From the NCBI GenBank assembly GCA_964016885.1, contig OZ024742.1, forward strand, positions 247,566,001-247,630,000: a stretch of 64,000 nucleotides of DNA. The letters run 5' to 3'. Below, one piece after another: positions 63,473 to 64,000 of this stretch; the stretch's first letter is position 1, and every line of letters starts with the position of its first letter. The stretch is from Eledone cirrhosa. Taxonomy: Eukaryota. Below the pieces are notes generated by a model. That model worked only from the letters and a program-made list of their open reading frames with translations. It ran no database searches and had not been told where the DNA came from. Both the position numbers and the translations under genes were made by a program.

Positions 63473-63703
63473 ACTGGACATGCTCACCGACATCCAGAGT
63501 TGACACTGCACTCTGTGCTCCTGTGGGGCCCCCTGCATGGACACACTGGAAGAGGAAGACCGAAGTTAACATATGTTGATGCTCTAAGGACAGACACTGG
63601 TCAGTTGGAAACGCAGGACATGGCAGCGATAATGAGGGACAGAGACCGCTGGAGAGAACTCGTCGATGGATCTCGGGAATTTTACACGCCCTGGATAGAT
63701 AGA
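63473..63703 (+). pseudogene. 3' end of RTE-clade LINE reverse-transcriptase ORF
   Basis: TGHAHRHPELTLHSVLLWGPLHGHTGRGRPKLTYVDALRTDTG...MRDRDRWRELV, with the GH..R, GRP and DRxxWR motifs, followed by a (GATA)n tail. Confidence 0.8.
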
Positions 63704-64000
63704 TATGTATGTATATATATATATATATGTGCATATGTTTTTGTATATTTATGTATATCTATACATACATATACAAGTTAAATTATCTCTGTGTGTGTGT
63801 GACTCCTCATTTTTGCACCGTCAAGGAAGCACCAGAGATGTCACAGCCTCAGCGCGTGTTTCCGCATCATCAGCCACGGCATGCCCAGCCCTCCACGCAA
63901 CGGGTGTTGACAGCAGATGGATCGTCTGACCATGGGAACACGTCACTTCCATAAAAAGTGGAAGAGGAGGTGCTCCATTTTTGTCAGAATTGGGCCGGGG

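Overview
AT-rich, microsatellite-saturated eukaryotic non-coding DNA. The (TA)n/(CA)n/(GA)n density and the SINE families suggest an octopus/cephalopod genome (inference). I can support no intact host protein-coding gene; most ORFs in the track are microsatellite read-throughs. The main signal is a system of self-cleaving-RNA retroelements. Two arrays of apparently identical units (310 bp at 1-2690, 470 bp at 14461-16302) carry one minimal type I hammerhead ribozyme (HHR) per unit and end in an inverted copy abutting (TA)n. About ten further, mostly unrelated, short fold-back insertions have the same (TA)n-[inverted arm]-[arm+tail]-(TA)n layout, and several carry HHRs with different palindromic helix III sequences. 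One of them (37265-37897) retains the C-terminus of a Penelope-like GIY-YIG endonuclease, which ties the system to Penelope-like elements (PLEs)/retrozymes. Also present: tRNA-head SINEs, Helitron remnants, LINE fragments, a TGT...ACA long-TIR element, minisatellites, and a ~4 kb duplication around a 200-N gap that is probably an assembly artefact. All folds were paired by eye and repeat boundaries are approximate.
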